DNA of 64,000 nt from IMG/VR virus record IMGVR_UViG_3300047159_000064, one strand, 5' to 3'. The translations under genes were made by a program, and so were the position numbers. Origin of the DNA: a virus. Taxonomy: Duplodnaviria > Heunggongvirae > Uroviricota > Caudoviricetes. A model generated the notes under the pieces. The model saw only the letters and a program-made list of their open reading frames with translations, was not told the DNA's origin and did no database searches. Shown here piece after piece: positions 8,813 through 18,276 of this stretch; the first letter of the stretch is position 1; each line of letters opens with the position of its first letter.

Positions 8813-9548
8813 CAGGAGCAGGATTCTGCCGCTGCGGGGCGACTAACGACGGGTTCTTGGCGATCTCGCTTACGCAGATCTTGATCGCGTACGCGGCGTC
8901 CTTCCAGAAATTGGCGGCGCACTTGCCGATGACGTACAGAGTCGTCTGCTTGTCGAGCTTCGCCGCCTGGATCGTCGACACGAAAGTCTCGACGGTCACG
9001 TGGTTGATCCGAGATCCGCTGACGAGCGCCTCGATCCAGCGCTTGTACGCCACTTTGAGATCCTCGTCCGGCTCGACGACGTAAGCCGACAGCCCCGATA
9101 CCATGCCCAGCCTCTTGGCTTCCTTCTTTGCCGCTTTCTTGGCGGCGTCGCGATCATTCAAAGCGGCGGCTTTGGCTTTGTCGACCGTGTCGATGTAGTC
9201 TCCGTCGACTATCAAGGCCAGCACCCCGCTTGAATCCACGCACAGGCGATCCGGGTTGGCTTCGTCCACGAGCATGTATCCGGCGTCGACGAGCAGCCTG
9301 TCGCACTTCCTCTGCTGCTCAGGAGTCAGAGTCGTCTTCTCCTCGACGTATCCGCGATCCAGAAGGAAGAACCCCTGAGGATCGTATTTGCCCTTCTTCA
9401 TGACCTGCCACAGCACGAAAGACAAGGCGTCCCAGTAAACGGCCGCCTCGAGCGAGCCCAAAGCCCTGGCCAAAGACAGATTGAACCCGCCGCGGTTGGC
9501 CGGGCTGAGGGCGGCCAGAGCCGACATCCTGAAATCTTCAGCTGACAT
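8784..9548 (-). CDS. hypothetical protein (254 aa)
   Basis: ORF track. Confidence 0.5.
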   Translation of the reverse strand: MSAEDFRMSALAALSPANRGGFNLSLARALGSLEAAVYWDALSFVLWQVMKKGKYDPQGFFLLDRGYVEEKTTLTPEQQRKCDRLLVDAGYMLVDEANPDRLCVDSSGVLALIVDGDYIDTVDKAKAAALNDRDAAKKAAKKEAKRLGMVSGLSAYVVEPDEDLKVAYKRWIEALVSGSRINHVTVETFVSTIQAAKLDKQTTLYVIGKCAANFWKDAAYAIKICVSEIAKNPSLVAPQRQNPAPVAKGGGTAF

Positions 9549-9596
9549 TCCTATGCTCCTCCTAGGCTTCTAAGCCTATCTATACTATAATACGGC

Positions 9597-9625
9597 AAAA
9601 GGCCGCCTCGCGACGGCCTTTTAAG
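9597..9625. terminator. bidirectional terminator hairpin (GGCCG-loop-CGGCC with A/T runs)
   Basis: aaaaggccgcctcgcgacggcctttt. Confidence 0.5.
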
Positions 9626-9640
9626 ACGAAATCTCCCTGA

Positions 9641-10498
9641 TTACGCCTTCGACGCTGTCAGGCTGAGCCTGAGCGACTTGATGGTGGAATCGACGTACTT
9701 GTAGAGACGCTGGTTGTTGGCGTTTCTCACCGCTTGCACGGCGGCTCTGAGCTCGTCCGCCGAAATCTCGTATTTCTCGGCGAAATAGGCTTCGTAGTCG
9801 TCGGGGAGCTGGCTGAGGATCTGAACGACGCGGTACGGCCAGAACTGGGTGTACTCTTCCGAGCTCTTGACCTCGTTGCCGCTCTCGTCGACGCCTTTCT
9901 TCGTCTCTTTGGTGCGCTTCTCGCAGTCGTTGAAGGCGATGGTGTCCATGACGATGGCCTCGACGGGCTTCTTGGAATCGATGTACTTCTGGATGATGAG
10001 CTTCGCGCTGATCTTGTCCTTCTCGAGCTCGTCCGAGTCGTCGTGGACGGTGTCCAACAGCGTGCTGTCGCCGTCTTCCCCATCCAAAGGCTCGTCGAAG
10101 CTGACGGTCTGGAAATTCGCGCGGTGCTTGTCCAGGTTGGCCTGATAGTAGTGCTGGAGGCGGATGGTCTCGATGCACTGGTTGATGGCCTGCTGGGCGT
10201 TGCACTTCTTCGCCGGATTCTGCCACGCTCTGTACTTGCACGCGTAGTTGATGGCTTCGGCGAGCCACATGAAGAACTCTTCGTAATCGAGGTTGATGCC
10301 GGGGCTTTTGACGGCCATCTTGTCGATGGTGTACCAGAAGCGGAGGATCAAGGCCGAGAAGTAGGCCGACTTCATAGACTCGTCGCCTTCGTCCAATGCC
10401 TTGCAGTATCCGTTGGCCAGATCGTCGCAGCTAATGGACTGATAGTCTCCCAAAAGCTTGGCGTATCTGATGCAGTCCTGTCTTGCGTCTTGAATCAT
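9641..10498 (-). CDS. hypothetical protein (285 aa); candidate regulator (speculative)
   Basis: ORF track; the GAAATCTCCCTGATT palindromic motif overlaps its stop codon. Confidence 0.45.
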   Translation of the reverse strand: MIQDARQDCIRYAKLLGDYQSISCDDLANGYCKALDEGDESMKSAYFSALILRFWYTIDKMAVKSPGINLDYEEFFMWLAEAINYACKYRAWQNPAKKCNAQQAINQCIETIRLQHYYQANLDKHRANFQTVSFDEPLDGEDGDSTLLDTVHDDSDELEKDKISAKLIIQKYIDSKKPVEAIVMDTIAFNDCEKRTKETKKGVDESGNEVKSSEEYTQFWPYRVVQILSQLPDDYEAYFAEKYEISADELRAAVQAVRNANNQRLYKYVDSTIKSLRLSLTASKA

Positions 10499-10526
10499 GA
10501 TGCCGACCTCCTTTCTTTAGCTGTCT

Positions 10527-10895
10527 TTATAAAACGTGGATGATGTTCTGAATGAGATAGCTGTTGTGCTCGACGGCGCATTCCTTGGCGGCCAAGGTGC
10601 GCTGCATGTCGTTGCCGGAGCGGACCAGGCGGCAGAGAGCGTGGCCGCTGAGGATCATGGCCATGTCGTGGCCGTACTTGGTCTTCTTGAGGATGTAGCG
10701 GAAGTCGCGGGTGCCGTAGCGCTCGAAGCCTGAGACGGTCCAGCCGTCCACGGTCTTGCCGAGGTACTTGCTGATGCCGCGCGGGCGGCCGCGCTTGACG
10801 GCGGGTTTCGCGACGAAGGCGATTTTCTTGCCTTTGGCGAAGTTCTTCTTGTTGGCGTTCTTGCGGCTGATGGTGAGTTTCTTGTCTGCTTTCAT
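10527..10895 (-). CDS. basic putative DNA-binding protein (GRPRG AT-hook-like)
   Basis: Lys/Arg-rich N-terminus. Confidence 0.45.
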   Translation of the reverse strand: MKADKKLTISRKNANKKNFAKGKKIAFVAKPAVKRGRPRGISKYLGKTVDGWTVSGFERYGTRDFRYILKKTKYGHDMAMILSGHALCRLVRSGNDMQRTLAAKECAVEHNSYLIQNIIHVL

Positions 10896-10919
10896 GGATT
10901 TTCTCCTTTTCCTTATGGT

Positions 10920-10972
10920 TTTATTATATCAGGCTTTTCGCCCGATGTAAACGATTTTCCGAAGTTTTTTTT
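10920..10972 (-). promoter_or_regulatory. early promoter box copy 6
   Basis: tgtaaacgattttccgaag with a ttattatat -10. Confidence 0.6.
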
Positions 10973-10976
10973 TCAC

Positions 10977-11147
10977 TTCGCTTCGACGGGCACGACGTAG
11001 CATCTGCATTCGCCGTCCGTGTCCTCGCGGCGCTGCTTCACGGCTTTGTTGGCCTCAGGCTTGGTGTCGAACTGGCCGAGCGATTCGTGGTTGCCCTCGT
11101 AGTCGTCGAAGGCCTCGAATTTCTTTTTCTCGCCCATAGGCTACTCC
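10977..11147 (-). CDS. small hypothetical protein (about 56 aa, MGEKKKFEAFDDYEGNHE...), TGA stop
   Basis: Manual translation; coordinates approximate. Confidence 0.3.
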
Positions 11148-11476
11148 CTGCCGAGCACTTTCGCCGTGGCCTCGTAGACGGTCCCGACGTTCTGCTCTTC
11201 TCCGTCGACTTCAACGACCGTCTCGACCTGAAGCATGACGTAGCTAACGCCGTCCGGGACGTCCAGCTTCTGAGCCAGCGCCTCGACGTCGAGATCGACC
11301 GCGGCGCTCACGGCTTCGTCGGGATCAGGCCATTCGCTGATGAACTGCTCGTAGTCGGTGACGTTCATCTTTTTGTCGTAGCCCAAAGCCCAGATCTGAT
11401 ACTTAGGCTTCTGCTCGGCGAAATCCGGGATGTCCTCAGCCATCTTCTCGGCTTCGTCTTTCTTTTCTTCGGCCAT
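11141..11476 (-). CDS. acidic hypothetical protein (start MAEEKKDEAEK)
   Basis: SD AAGGAGGA before ATG; TAG stop. Confidence 0.5.
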   Translation of the reverse strand: MAEEKKDEAEKMAEDIPDFAEQKPKYQIWALGYDKKMNVTDYEQFISEWPDPDEAVSAAVDLDVEALAQKLDVPDGVSYVMLQVETVVEVDGEEQNVGTVYEATAKVLGRE

Positions 11477-11478
11477 GA

Positions 11479-12210
11479 TCAGTCCTCCTTGATCCACATG
11501 AATCTGCCGTCTTCGCTCTTCTCGACCCGGCATCCGCTCTTGTCGGTCCGCGAAAGCAGATCGGCGAACGCGTCGGTCAGGCTCTTGAGGACAGAGATCC
11601 CCGAGACGTCGACTTTGCCGTCCTTGACCTCGAGCGGCTTGATGCCCAAAGCGGCGAGATCCTTAGAGTAATCGCAGTTGAAATCGGACACGGCGGAATT
11701 CATGGCATCTCCCGAGAAGCTCATCTTCGACAGGTCGTTGGCGTAGTCGCGGATGTCGTCGCAGAGCTTGTCGAAATCTCGGACGAGCTTCGTCATGGCG
11801 ACGAGGTTGCCGTGCCAGTCCGCGACTCGCTCGCCTTCGGCCTTGACGGCCTCTTTGAACGAGCCGTAGTCGTCGAACTCGGTGACGTAATCGTCGAGGA
11901 CGTTCTTCATGTCCCGCTCGTTGTAGAGGACGAGGTAGCCGCTCGATCGGCCGTTGAAGCCGACCTTGTAGCCTTTGTGGTCGTACTCCCAGTCTTCGAT
12001 CATCTGATTGACAGTGGCGTATTCCTCTTCCTCGAGGAACTTGAGGGCGGTCCAGCAATCGCCTTCCAAGCCCAAAGAATAGATCTTGACTTTGTTGGCG
12101 ACGCTGTACAGGCCGTTCCACGAGTTGAGCGTGGAATACGTGAAGTGGTCGTGCAAGAACTGCCACATCTCTTTGTCTTTGGTGATGTCGACTCCGGTTT
12201 TGTAGAACAT
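11479..12210 (-). CDS. hypothetical protein (243 aa); genuine TGA stop (junk follows in frame)
   Basis: ORF track. Confidence 0.55.
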   Translation of the reverse strand: MFYKTGVDITKDKEMWQFLHDHFTYSTLNSWNGLYSVANKVKIYSLGLEGDCWTALKFLEEEEYATVNQMIEDWEYDHKGYKVGFNGRSSGYLVLYNERDMKNVLDDYVTEFDDYGSFKEAVKAEGERVADWHGNLVAMTKLVRDFDKLCDDIRDYANDLSKMSFSGDAMNSAVSDFNCDYSKDLAALGIKPLEVKDGKVDVSGISVLKSLTDAFADLLSRTDKSGCRVEKSEDGRFMWIKED

Positions 12211-12227
12211 GTTTGTTTTCCTCCAAC

Positions 12228-12285
12228 TGTTATTATTATAGGCCTGCGAAAGCTGAAAGTAAACGGTTTTCCGAAGATTATCTTC
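12228..12285 (-). promoter_or_regulatory. early promoter box copy 7
   Basis: agtaaacggttttccgaag with a ttattattata -10. Confidence 0.6.
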
Positions 12286-12604
12286 GGCCGCCGTTGTGGG
12301 CGAATTCGTCGTCCAGCCGGACGCCCATGCCGGAGCCTCTCATGTAGGCGTTGTACACGTACTCGACCAGCTGGGTCTTGCCGTGCTTCGCTTTGACGTT
12401 GTCCACGAAATTGCGAAGGGCGATGGTGTCGTTGGCTCCGCTGACCACGGAAAGGATGAGGCTTCTGAACTCTTCTTCGCCGACCGAGCCGTCCGCATAG
12501 GCTTCGTTGATCTTCTGCATGCCGTCGCCGAGGCACTTCGAGTAAGTGCCTTTGGTCTCAGACAGGTCTCTGCAGCGTTTCTTCGTGTCGATGATGACTG
12601 ACAT
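12278..12604 (-). CDS. hypothetical protein (108 aa)
   Basis: ORF track. Confidence 0.5.
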   Translation of the reverse strand: MSVIIDTKKRCRDLSETKGTYSKCLGDGMQKINEAYADGSVGEEEFRSLILSVVSGANDTIALRNFVDNVKAKHGKTQLVEYVYNAYMRGSGMGVRLDDEFAHNGGRR

Positions 12605-12624
12605 TTTGGTGTTCCTCTTTTCTT

Positions 12625-12685
12625 ATGATATCATTATAAGCTGGAAAAACCGTTTTGTAAACGGTTTTCCTGAGAAAATTGACGC
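12625..12685 (-). promoter_or_regulatory. early promoter box copy 8
   Basis: tgtaaacggttttcctgag with a cattataag -10. Confidence 0.6.
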
Positions 12686-12689
12686 GACC

Positions 12690-12986
12690 TTAGGCCTTGT
12701 CGGCCTTATGCCAGTCGCCGTGCTCGTCCTGCTTGATCTCGCCGGCCTTCTCGAGATAGCCGATGGCTTCCGAGCTGGCGTCCGAGAACTCAGGGCAGGA
12801 ATCCTGGACTTTGCTGCGGTGCCGGTCTTCCGGATCGTCTGTGTGGAAGATGTCCTGATTCCAGTCGACTCCGACGTCATTGCCTTCGATCCACACGTTC
12901 ATCCAGTACAGCTTGCGGTCCTGGGACCTCCGCATGCGGACGGCCCATTGCCCGTTCTGCTTCTCGAGCTTGTCTGCCTTGTACAT
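12690..12986 (-). CDS. hypothetical protein (98 aa)
   Basis: ORF track. Confidence 0.5.
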   Translation of the reverse strand: MYKADKLEKQNGQWAVRMRRSQDRKLYWMNVWIEGNDVGVDWNQDIFHTDDPEDRHRSKVQDSCPEFSDASSEAIGYLEKAGEIKQDEHGDWHKADKA

Positions 12987-13142
12987 AGCCGATTCCTCCT
13001 TCGCCTGCCCTATCAGGGGTGGCTGTGCTCTTTCATCCAGGCGGTTCTGATCTGCTTGGCTTTCTCTCCGACTGTCATCGGCTTCTTGGCCGACGAATGA
13101 TGGTATCTGCTCTTTGTCATCGTTTCAATGACCTCCTATTGA

Positions 13143-13200
13143 TGCTATCATATCGCGCTCGATTCGGAAAGTAAACCGTTTTCCGAGGTTTATTTTCGGC
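13143..13200 (-). promoter_or_regulatory. early promoter box copy 9
   Basis: agtaaaccgttttccgagg with a tatcatatcg -10. Confidence 0.55.
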
Positions 13201-13438
13201 CGAGCTTTTTGCGGAGCTGATCCAAAGTGCCGCTGAAGAGCTCTTTCGAGCCGTAGCCGGAAGACGAGCCTTCCGCGACCTCAAGTGTCACGTTGAGCTT
13301 GCCGTCCGCGTCGTAGCTGAGCCTGGTGATGACCGAGCCGTCCCAGGACTGAGCGGCTACCTTGAGCCCGCTGTTCTTGGTGCCGCAGCGAGTGGCTTCT
13401 CCGCGAGAACCGACGATAGAACCGTAGAATGCTGACAT
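13190..13438 (-). CDS. hypothetical protein (82 aa)
   Basis: ORF track. Confidence 0.5.
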   Translation of the reverse strand: MSAFYGSIVGSRGEATRCGTKNSGLKVAAQSWDGSVITRLSYDADGKLNVTLEVAEGSSSGYGSKELFSGTLDQLRKKLGRK

Positions 13439-13461
13439 AGTGATTTCCTCCTCACTTGATT

Positions 13462-13510
13462 CTATTATATGCCTGCCTGATTGAGATGTAAACGGTTTTC
13501 CGAAGAAAAA
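13462..13510 (-). promoter_or_regulatory. early promoter box copy 10 (TTTACA-17-TATAAT exact)
   Basis: minus strand cttcggaaaaccgTTTACAtctcaatcaggcaggcaTATAAT. Confidence 0.65.
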
Positions 13511-13550
13511 AAAAACAAAGCCCGATATCAGGAGGAATTGATATCGGGCC
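13506..13550 (-). terminator. rho-independent terminator (GCCCGATATCA-loop-TGATATCGGGC plus T-run)
   Basis: 11-bp stem followed by TTTGTTTTTTTTTT on the minus strand. Confidence 0.6.
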
Positions 13551-13613
13551 GACTTCGTGCCTTCCCTATGCCCTCACCGGCTGGGACAGGCGGTCTGTTT
13601 GGTTTTCTTTTTT

Positions 13614-13814
13614 TTAGCGAAGCTCCGGCCTGAGCAAGTCGGAAAGCTCGGCGATGTTCGCGAGGAGGCTCTTGCCCGCCGGGTTCATCCCGCCTAGGCT
13701 GGCCATCCCTTTCTTGAGCTCGAAATAAGCGTCTCCGTAAGGATGTGCGACGTCGAGCCCGTAGCGCTCAGCGAGCGTCTTGAGCACGAGATCGAAGATT
13801 TCTTTGTCTTGCAT
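13614..13814 (-). CDS. hypothetical protein (66 aa)
   Basis: ORF track. Confidence 0.45.
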   Translation of the reverse strand: MQDKEIFDLVLKTLAERYGLDVAHPYGDAYFELKKGMASLGGMNPAGKSLLANIAELSDLLRPELR

Positions 13815-13864
13815 TGCTTGCCTCTCTTATATTATACGGCGAATCGATCTGAAGAACGGCCTTT

Positions 13865-14579
13865 TTACGCGACTTTCTTCTCGCAGTATCCGCGAAGCAC
13901 CCTGAGCACGGTCTGGCTGGTGATCGTCCCTACGGCGAAGCCCGACGACACGCCGGCCCATTTGACGCCGCAGTAATTGGCAGAATGCCGCATCTTGTCC
14001 CTGAACGCGCTTTCCTTGATAGTCGAATCGGCCAGGCCTTCGAGAACCATGACGTCGCGGAATTCCTTGACTTTGCCCTCGGGGACCTTGAGCGTGACGC
14101 CGGTCAGCTCGAACGCTTCGGCGACAGGCGCCTCGGACGCCTGAGAGGACTCGGAGACCTGCGCGACTTCGGTCTGAGCGGACTCCGGATGCGGGCCTGC
14201 CGTCAGCGTGAGATCGCAGAGGCTCAAGGGCGAACTTAGACGAAGACGGGATGGCCGGAAGGCTGTCGATTTCGGACAGGTTGCCGGCTATGGCTTTGAC
14301 GTCCGACCGATAGCTGAGGTATCTCTTGATCAGCGAGACGAATTTCATCGTCTGGACCGGAGTCATGTTGCCCATGCCAAGGATGTGGTACAGGTCGATC
14401 ATGACTATGCGGCTCATGATGCCGGATTCCGCGCGGCAGAACGTCCGCAGCTTTAGCAGATCGGCGACGGTCATCTTAGACAGATCGTCCGTCGACTTGA
14501 CGTGATTGAGGTACATGCCGCAGAGCGAGACCCTGTCGGCCAAAGACTTCATGATAAGATCGTAGCTTTCTTTCTTCAT
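13865..14579 (-). pseudogene. hypothetical protein with an apparent frame break near 14215-14230 (N-part in frame of 13827-14579, C-part = ORF 13865-14227)
   Basis: Protein-like sequence changes frame; the continuation of the N-part frame is Arg-rich junk. Confidence 0.4.
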
Positions 14580-14824
14580 CGCATTGCCTCCTGGGCGTCA
14601 GCCTTCTTGACGAGGACGCCTCCGTCGTACTCCTGCTTCCAATAGTGGTAGTTGCCGCCTCGATCGTAGAACTCGATGAGGTAATGGCTTTCCGAATCCT
14701 TGTAGCTGTGGTAGTCCGTCGTGTCGCTGACTATGCGGAACATCTCGTAGAACCCGACGTGCCCGCAGATCCTGATTTTGACGAAATCGCCTTCTTCGGC
14801 TTTGACCAGCTTCTTGCCTTCCAT
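14576..14824 (-). CDS. hypothetical protein (82 aa); genuine TGA stop
   Basis: ORF track. Confidence 0.5.
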   Translation of the reverse strand: MEGKKLVKAEEGDFVKIRICGHVGFYEMFRIVSDTTDYHSYKDSESHYLIEFYDRGGNYHYWKQEYDGGVLVKKADAQEAMR

Positions 14825-14826
14825 GA

Positions 14827-15090
14827 TCAGACTCCCCTCACGTTGATGACTTTGGCTTCCACCTTGACGCCGGGGGCCGGAGAGAACCAGCCTTTGGCCA
14901 CGGTGAAGTCCGTGGCGGCCACCAAAGAGCTCGACAGGCTGCCGATGAACAGGTCTTCGTCGTCTATCTGAGCCAGGCCGTATTGCCAGCCTTCGTCGCA
15001 GAACACGACGATCTCCCCGACTTTCGTCTCGTGGAGCAGGTATTCGCCGACGGTCTTTCCGTTGTGGGCGATGTAGTGATCGATTTCCAT
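14827..15090 (-). CDS. hypothetical protein (87 aa); genuine TGA stop
   Basis: ORF track. Confidence 0.5.
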   Translation of the reverse strand: MEIDHYIAHNGKTVGEYLLHETKVGEIVVFCDEGWQYGLAQIDDEDLFIGSLSSSLVAATDFTVAKGWFSPAPGVKVEAKVINVRGV

Positions 15091-15557
15091 CAGTCCGCCT
15101 CCTTGGCCGCGGCCAGCTCGTTGAAGATGCCGTCTATCGCCTCGAACACGGCCGGCAGCATCAGCTCGTTGATCTTCTTGGCCTCGTCTTTGTCTTCGAC
15201 GGCCCGAAGGTAGGCTTTGCTCGTGTAGTTGCTCCCGCCCTTAAGCATGACCTCGGCGGCCGACTTAAGCGTGTAGAACGAGTCCATGAGGTCGCAGAGC
15301 TTCCAGAGGTCCTCGTCGGAAATCGACATGACTCTGAACTTCTTCTTCATGGCGTCGAACGCGCTTAGCCCAGAATCCGCGACCGTGCAATCCCAATGGG
15401 TGTGCGACTTGAACGACGGGCGCCCTGTGGCGTTGTATCCTTCGAGGTAGCCGAAGCCCCAGTACCAACCGCAGTCCCAGCTCGGCTTAGGCATATAGAC
15501 CTTCTCGCCGTCTTTCGTGACGCCGAGGTAATATCCTTTTTCTGTGATGAGTCCCAT
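15090..15557 (-). CDS. hypothetical protein (155 aa); genuine TGA stop
   Basis: ORF track. Confidence 0.5.
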   Translation of the reverse strand: MGLITEKGYYLGVTKDGEKVYMPKPSWDCGWYWGFGYLEGYNATGRPSFKSHTHWDCTVADSGLSAFDAMKKKFRVMSISDEDLWKLCDLMDSFYTLKSAAEVMLKGGSNYTSKAYLRAVEDKDEAKKINELMLPAVFEAIDGIFNELAAAKEAD

Positions 15558-15569
15558 GGTAAGCCCTCC

Positions 15570-15893
15570 TTAGCTGAGCTTGTATTCCGGATACGCGCAG
15601 AATCCGGACTGGCCGACTTTGCCCGTCGGACGAGCGATGCCGTTGTCCGCGAGGAACTTAGCCGCCCAAGGGCAGTTGTTGGTGTCCAGGAAGAAGCAGC
15701 CTTCTCCGGAAGGCTCGAAATCCGGCAGATTGACCGACAGCGCGGCGAACGGCTCTTCGCAGCCCCACTCAGGCACGTAGTCCCTGGCCTCGAGGGCCAA
15801 AGTCCCGTTGTTGGCGTACGATGCCGTGTGCAGGGTCACCTGGTATCTCTCGCCGAACGCGACGACCTCATATCTCTTTTTTGAATCCAGCAT
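15570..15893 (-). CDS. hypothetical protein (107 aa)
   Basis: ORF track. Confidence 0.5.
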   Translation of the reverse strand: MLDSKKRYEVVAFGERYQVTLHTASYANNGTLALEARDYVPEWGCEEPFAALSVNLPDFEPSGEGCFFLDTNNCPWAAKFLADNGIARPTGKVGQSGFCAYPEYKLS

Positions 15894-15914
15894 GAATCAA
15901 TCCTCCTTGATTCT

Positions 15915-15968
15915 GGATATATTATGCCGCCAATAAAGCCCGATGTAAACGATTTTCCGAACTTTATT
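15915..15968 (-). promoter_or_regulatory. early promoter box copy 11
   Basis: tgtaaacgattttccgaac with an atatattatgcc -10. Confidence 0.6.
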
Positions 15969-16701
15969 TCTGGACGACGTACTGATGGACGTTGACGACG
16001 CAGCACATCTTCCAGCGCTCGGTCATGCTCTCGTCGACCTCGGCTTTCCCGGTCTGCCAGTTGCGCCAGTAAGGATGGACGAAGACGATCTTGGCGCACG
16101 CCTTGATGACTTTGGCCACCGGCTCTTTGGTGTCGGCGTCCAGGATGACCGCGCCTGGGACTACGGTGGCGATGACCGCGTCTTTGGCGGCTTTATCGTC
16201 TTTCGCCCTGACGGCCTCGGCGAAGCTGGAATAGGCCGAGCTCGCGTCGTAGTAGGCCTTCTGCTTCTCGGCGACGCAGAGGTTGATGTAGTTGGAGGCG
16301 AAGACCGTGGCGATCTCCTTCTCGTTCTTGAACATGCTTCCGATGAGCTCCATCATGTCGACCTGGGCCGGATGGTCTTTGCGGCCGAAGTCGCCGATGG
16401 ACCCGACGTTGATCTTGATGCTGTCGAGATAGAGGTACATGTCGAAGTCGGCCCCGAATTCCGTCTTGCCGTCCGGAAGCAGCATGTCGACGCTGACCCT
16501 GGCGTACTGGGCCCCGAGGCAGAGATGAGAGTAATCGTAATCGTGGTCGAGGCGGTCGAAATGGAATTCCGCCTTATAGCCGAAAAGCGCCGTGGCCATC
16601 GCGGCAGCCACCGCGTCTTTGGCCGCTTTGTCGTATTCCTTGAACGCCTTGTCGGACGCGTCTTTGAGCTCGGCGATCTTAGCTTCTTCTTCTTTCGTCA
16701 T
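15964..16701 (-). CDS. hypothetical protein (245 aa)
   Basis: ORF track. Confidence 0.5.
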   Translation of the reverse strand: MTKEEEAKIAELKDASDKAFKEYDKAAKDAVAAAMATALFGYKAEFHFDRLDHDYDYSHLCLGAQYARVSVDMLLPDGKTEFGADFDMYLYLDSIKINVGSIGDFGRKDHPAQVDMMELIGSMFKNEKEIATVFASNYINLCVAEKQKAYYDASSAYSSFAEAVRAKDDKAAKDAVIATVVPGAVILDADTKEPVAKVIKACAKIVFVHPYWRNWQTGKAEVDESMTERWKMCCVVNVHQYVVQK

Positions 16702-16726
16702 GGTTGTTTCCTCCTCAACCTTACGA

Positions 16727-16785
16727 GAATATCATACGCCCATTCAAGGCAGTTGTAAACGGTTTTCCGCAATTTATTTTCTGCC
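16727..16785 (-). promoter_or_regulatory. early promoter box copy 12
   Basis: tgtaaacggttttccgcaa with an atatcatacg -10. Confidence 0.6.
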
Positions 16786-16802
16786 GCAGCAGGCCTGCCG
16801 CG

Positions 16803-16845
16803 GAAAAGAAAAGGCCGGCGCTCTGTCGGCCCTTCTTATTTTGGA
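16803..16845 (-). terminator. rho-independent terminator (GGCCG-loop-CGGCC with T-runs)
   Basis: gaaaagaaaaggccggcgctctgtcggcccttcttatttt. Confidence 0.5.
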
Positions 16846-16853
16846 TCCCGCGG

Positions 16854-17114
16854 CTAAAACCGATAGTCGTACGTCACGACGACCTCTTTGACGAACACCG
16901 AGCCCCATTGGCACTTTATCTCGCCGGTCGCTTTGTCGTACGTCCCGCCGTTCCCCGCGATGTAAGCCTGAGCAGCGAGCCCTGGCGAGCGGTAGAGCTT
17001 GGGCGAATTCGTCGCCTTGATCTCCTCGAGCGGCACGAAATGCCAGCTCCAGCTGCGGCAGCCTACCCCGCCTTCGCCGTTGACTATGCAGTATCTCTTG
17101 TACGTCCTGACCAT
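16854..17114 (-). CDS. hypothetical protein (86 aa, MVRTYKRYCIVNG...); the longer ORF 16854-17450 is Arg-rich overlap
   Basis: SD GGAGGCGG before the internal ATG. Confidence 0.45.
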   Translation of the reverse strand: MVRTYKRYCIVNGEGGVGCRSWSWHFVPLEEIKATNSPKLYRSPGLAAQAYIAGNGGTYDKATGEIKCQWGSVFVKEVVVTYDYRF

Positions 17115-17131
17115 CCTGCCGCCTCCTTGGG

Positions 17132-17701
17132 CTAATCGGCGATCCACCGGATTTCCGGCGAGCCCTTGAAGCCTTTCTCCCAGACCATCCAGCAATAGGC
17201 GACGGCCGAGCCTTCGGTGAAGTCGTCCTTCGCCGAGCAGACCTGCCGCTTGACGAACACGTAGACGGCCTTCGGCGGATTGTCTTTCATCAGGCGGTCG
17301 TATCTGCCTTGGCCTTCCAGGAACTGAAGCCGGAGGAACGCGGCGACCTTCCTGCCGTCTCCGACGAGGCTGAGCGCCTTTGACACGAATTTCTCCGCGT
17401 CGCAGTACGGCGGGTTCATCACGATGTCGCCGCCGAACGGCTCGCCGCACTTCAGGAAGTCTATCATCTCGTCTCCGAAGCCGTAATCGAAGATGTCCGA
17501 CGCCTTGACGTCGTAGCCTTTGGCCTTGAGCTCGTTCACGATGTTGTGATGGCCGGCTCCCGGCTCCCAGACCTCATGGCTGAACGACTCTCTTTCCAGA
17601 AGGCTGCGGACGGCCGACGGGTCGGTGCCGTAGTAATCCAAGGCGGATCTCTCTTTGTCGCTCAGATTCGACGCCCCTAACGTGTTGTTGACGGTGTTCA
17701 T
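17132..17701 (-). CDS. DNA N6-adenine methyltransferase (NPPY motif IV, EPGAGHH motif I)
   Basis: DIVMNPPY and EPGAGHHNI motifs. Confidence 0.6.
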   Translation of the reverse strand: MNTVNNTLGASNLSDKERSALDYYGTDPSAVRSLLERESFSHEVWEPGAGHHNIVNELKAKGYDVKASDIFDYGFGDEMIDFLKCGEPFGGDIVMNPPYCDAEKFVSKALSLVGDGRKVAAFLRLQFLEGQGRYDRLMKDNPPKAVYVFVKRQVCSAKDDFTEGSAVAYCWMVWEKGFKGSPEIRWIAD

Positions 17702-17729
17702 TTTAGTTGGCTCCTTTTTCTCTTAACGC

Positions 17730-17785
17730 CATTATTATGCCGCGGAACGGCTGCTTGTAAACGGTTTTCCGAAGTTTTTTTTCGG
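17730..17785 (-). promoter_or_regulatory. early promoter box copy 13
   Basis: tgtaaacggttttccgaag with a cattattatg -10. Confidence 0.6.
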
Positions 17786-17830
17786 CGGCCCCAAGCGGTT
17801 AGTCGGCCTTTTCTATTTCTTTTTTTCTAG

Positions 17831-18046
17831 CTACTCTTTGTCGAGCAGGTACCTGAACAGGCCCGGCTGGAACATCCAGACGGCCGGAAGCACGCAGAAC
17901 GCGGTCAGGCCTTCTATGACGACGTTCCAGACGCTGAGCCCCAGAAGCGGGATCATTATCGCGTTGGCTATCGTCGGGGCTAGCAGAATCGTCAGAGCGA
18001 TGAGCAGGTTGACGGAGAATTCGAGCAGTCTTTTAATTTTGTCCAT
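17831..18046 (-). CDS. small membrane protein with 2 TM helices (holin-like, speculative)
   Basis: Two hydrophobic helices in 71 aa. Confidence 0.45.
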   Translation of the reverse strand: MDKIKRLLEFSVNLLIALTILLAPTIANAIMIPLLGLSVWNVVIEGLTAFCVLPAVWMFQPGLFRYLLDKE

Positions 18047-18069
18047 ATGCGGGCTCCTTTAAGCCTCAT

Positions 18070-18125
18070 GAAAATATCATATCGCGGAAAAGCGGGTTCG
18101 TAAACGGCTTTCCGAAGAAAATCCG
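18070..18125 (-). promoter_or_regulatory. early promoter box copy 14
   Basis: cgtaaacggctttccgaag with an atatcatatcg -10. Confidence 0.55.
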
Positions 18126-18197
18126 CCGAGCGTCCGACGGGCCAGTCGGGCGGATCCGTCATCCGGCCGGACGGAAACGGCCTAGTCGAAAAGCTCA

Positions 18198-18241
18198 TGC
18201 GCATAAGTATTATAACAATAATACTTATGCGCATGAGGGAT
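18198..18241. repeat. 44-bp perfect palindrome CTCATGCGCATAAGTATTAT-AACA-ATAATACTTATGCGCATGAG
   Basis: Arms are exact reverse complements; shares the core AAGTATTAT with the palindrome at 22186. Confidence 0.6.
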
Positions 18242-18276
18242 CCCATTAGTCGAATCTGAATGCAATGGGATGGCCC

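Noticed and set aside
9621-10268. Arg-rich minus-strand ORFs overlapping real genes in another frame (9621-10268, 9727-10083, 11663-12226, 12000-12536, 4770-5051, 6470-6820, 18182-18559, 21324-21611, 25518-25880, 47093-47320 and others)
   Set aside because: Extreme Arg/Pro/Gln content indicates an out-of-frame reading of GC-rich coding sequence.
12986-13100. 35-codon ORF MTKSRYHHSSAKKPMTVGEKAKQIRTAWMKEHSHP ending TGATAG
   Set aside because: Too short and without a clear RBS; it could be a real micro-protein but support is weak.
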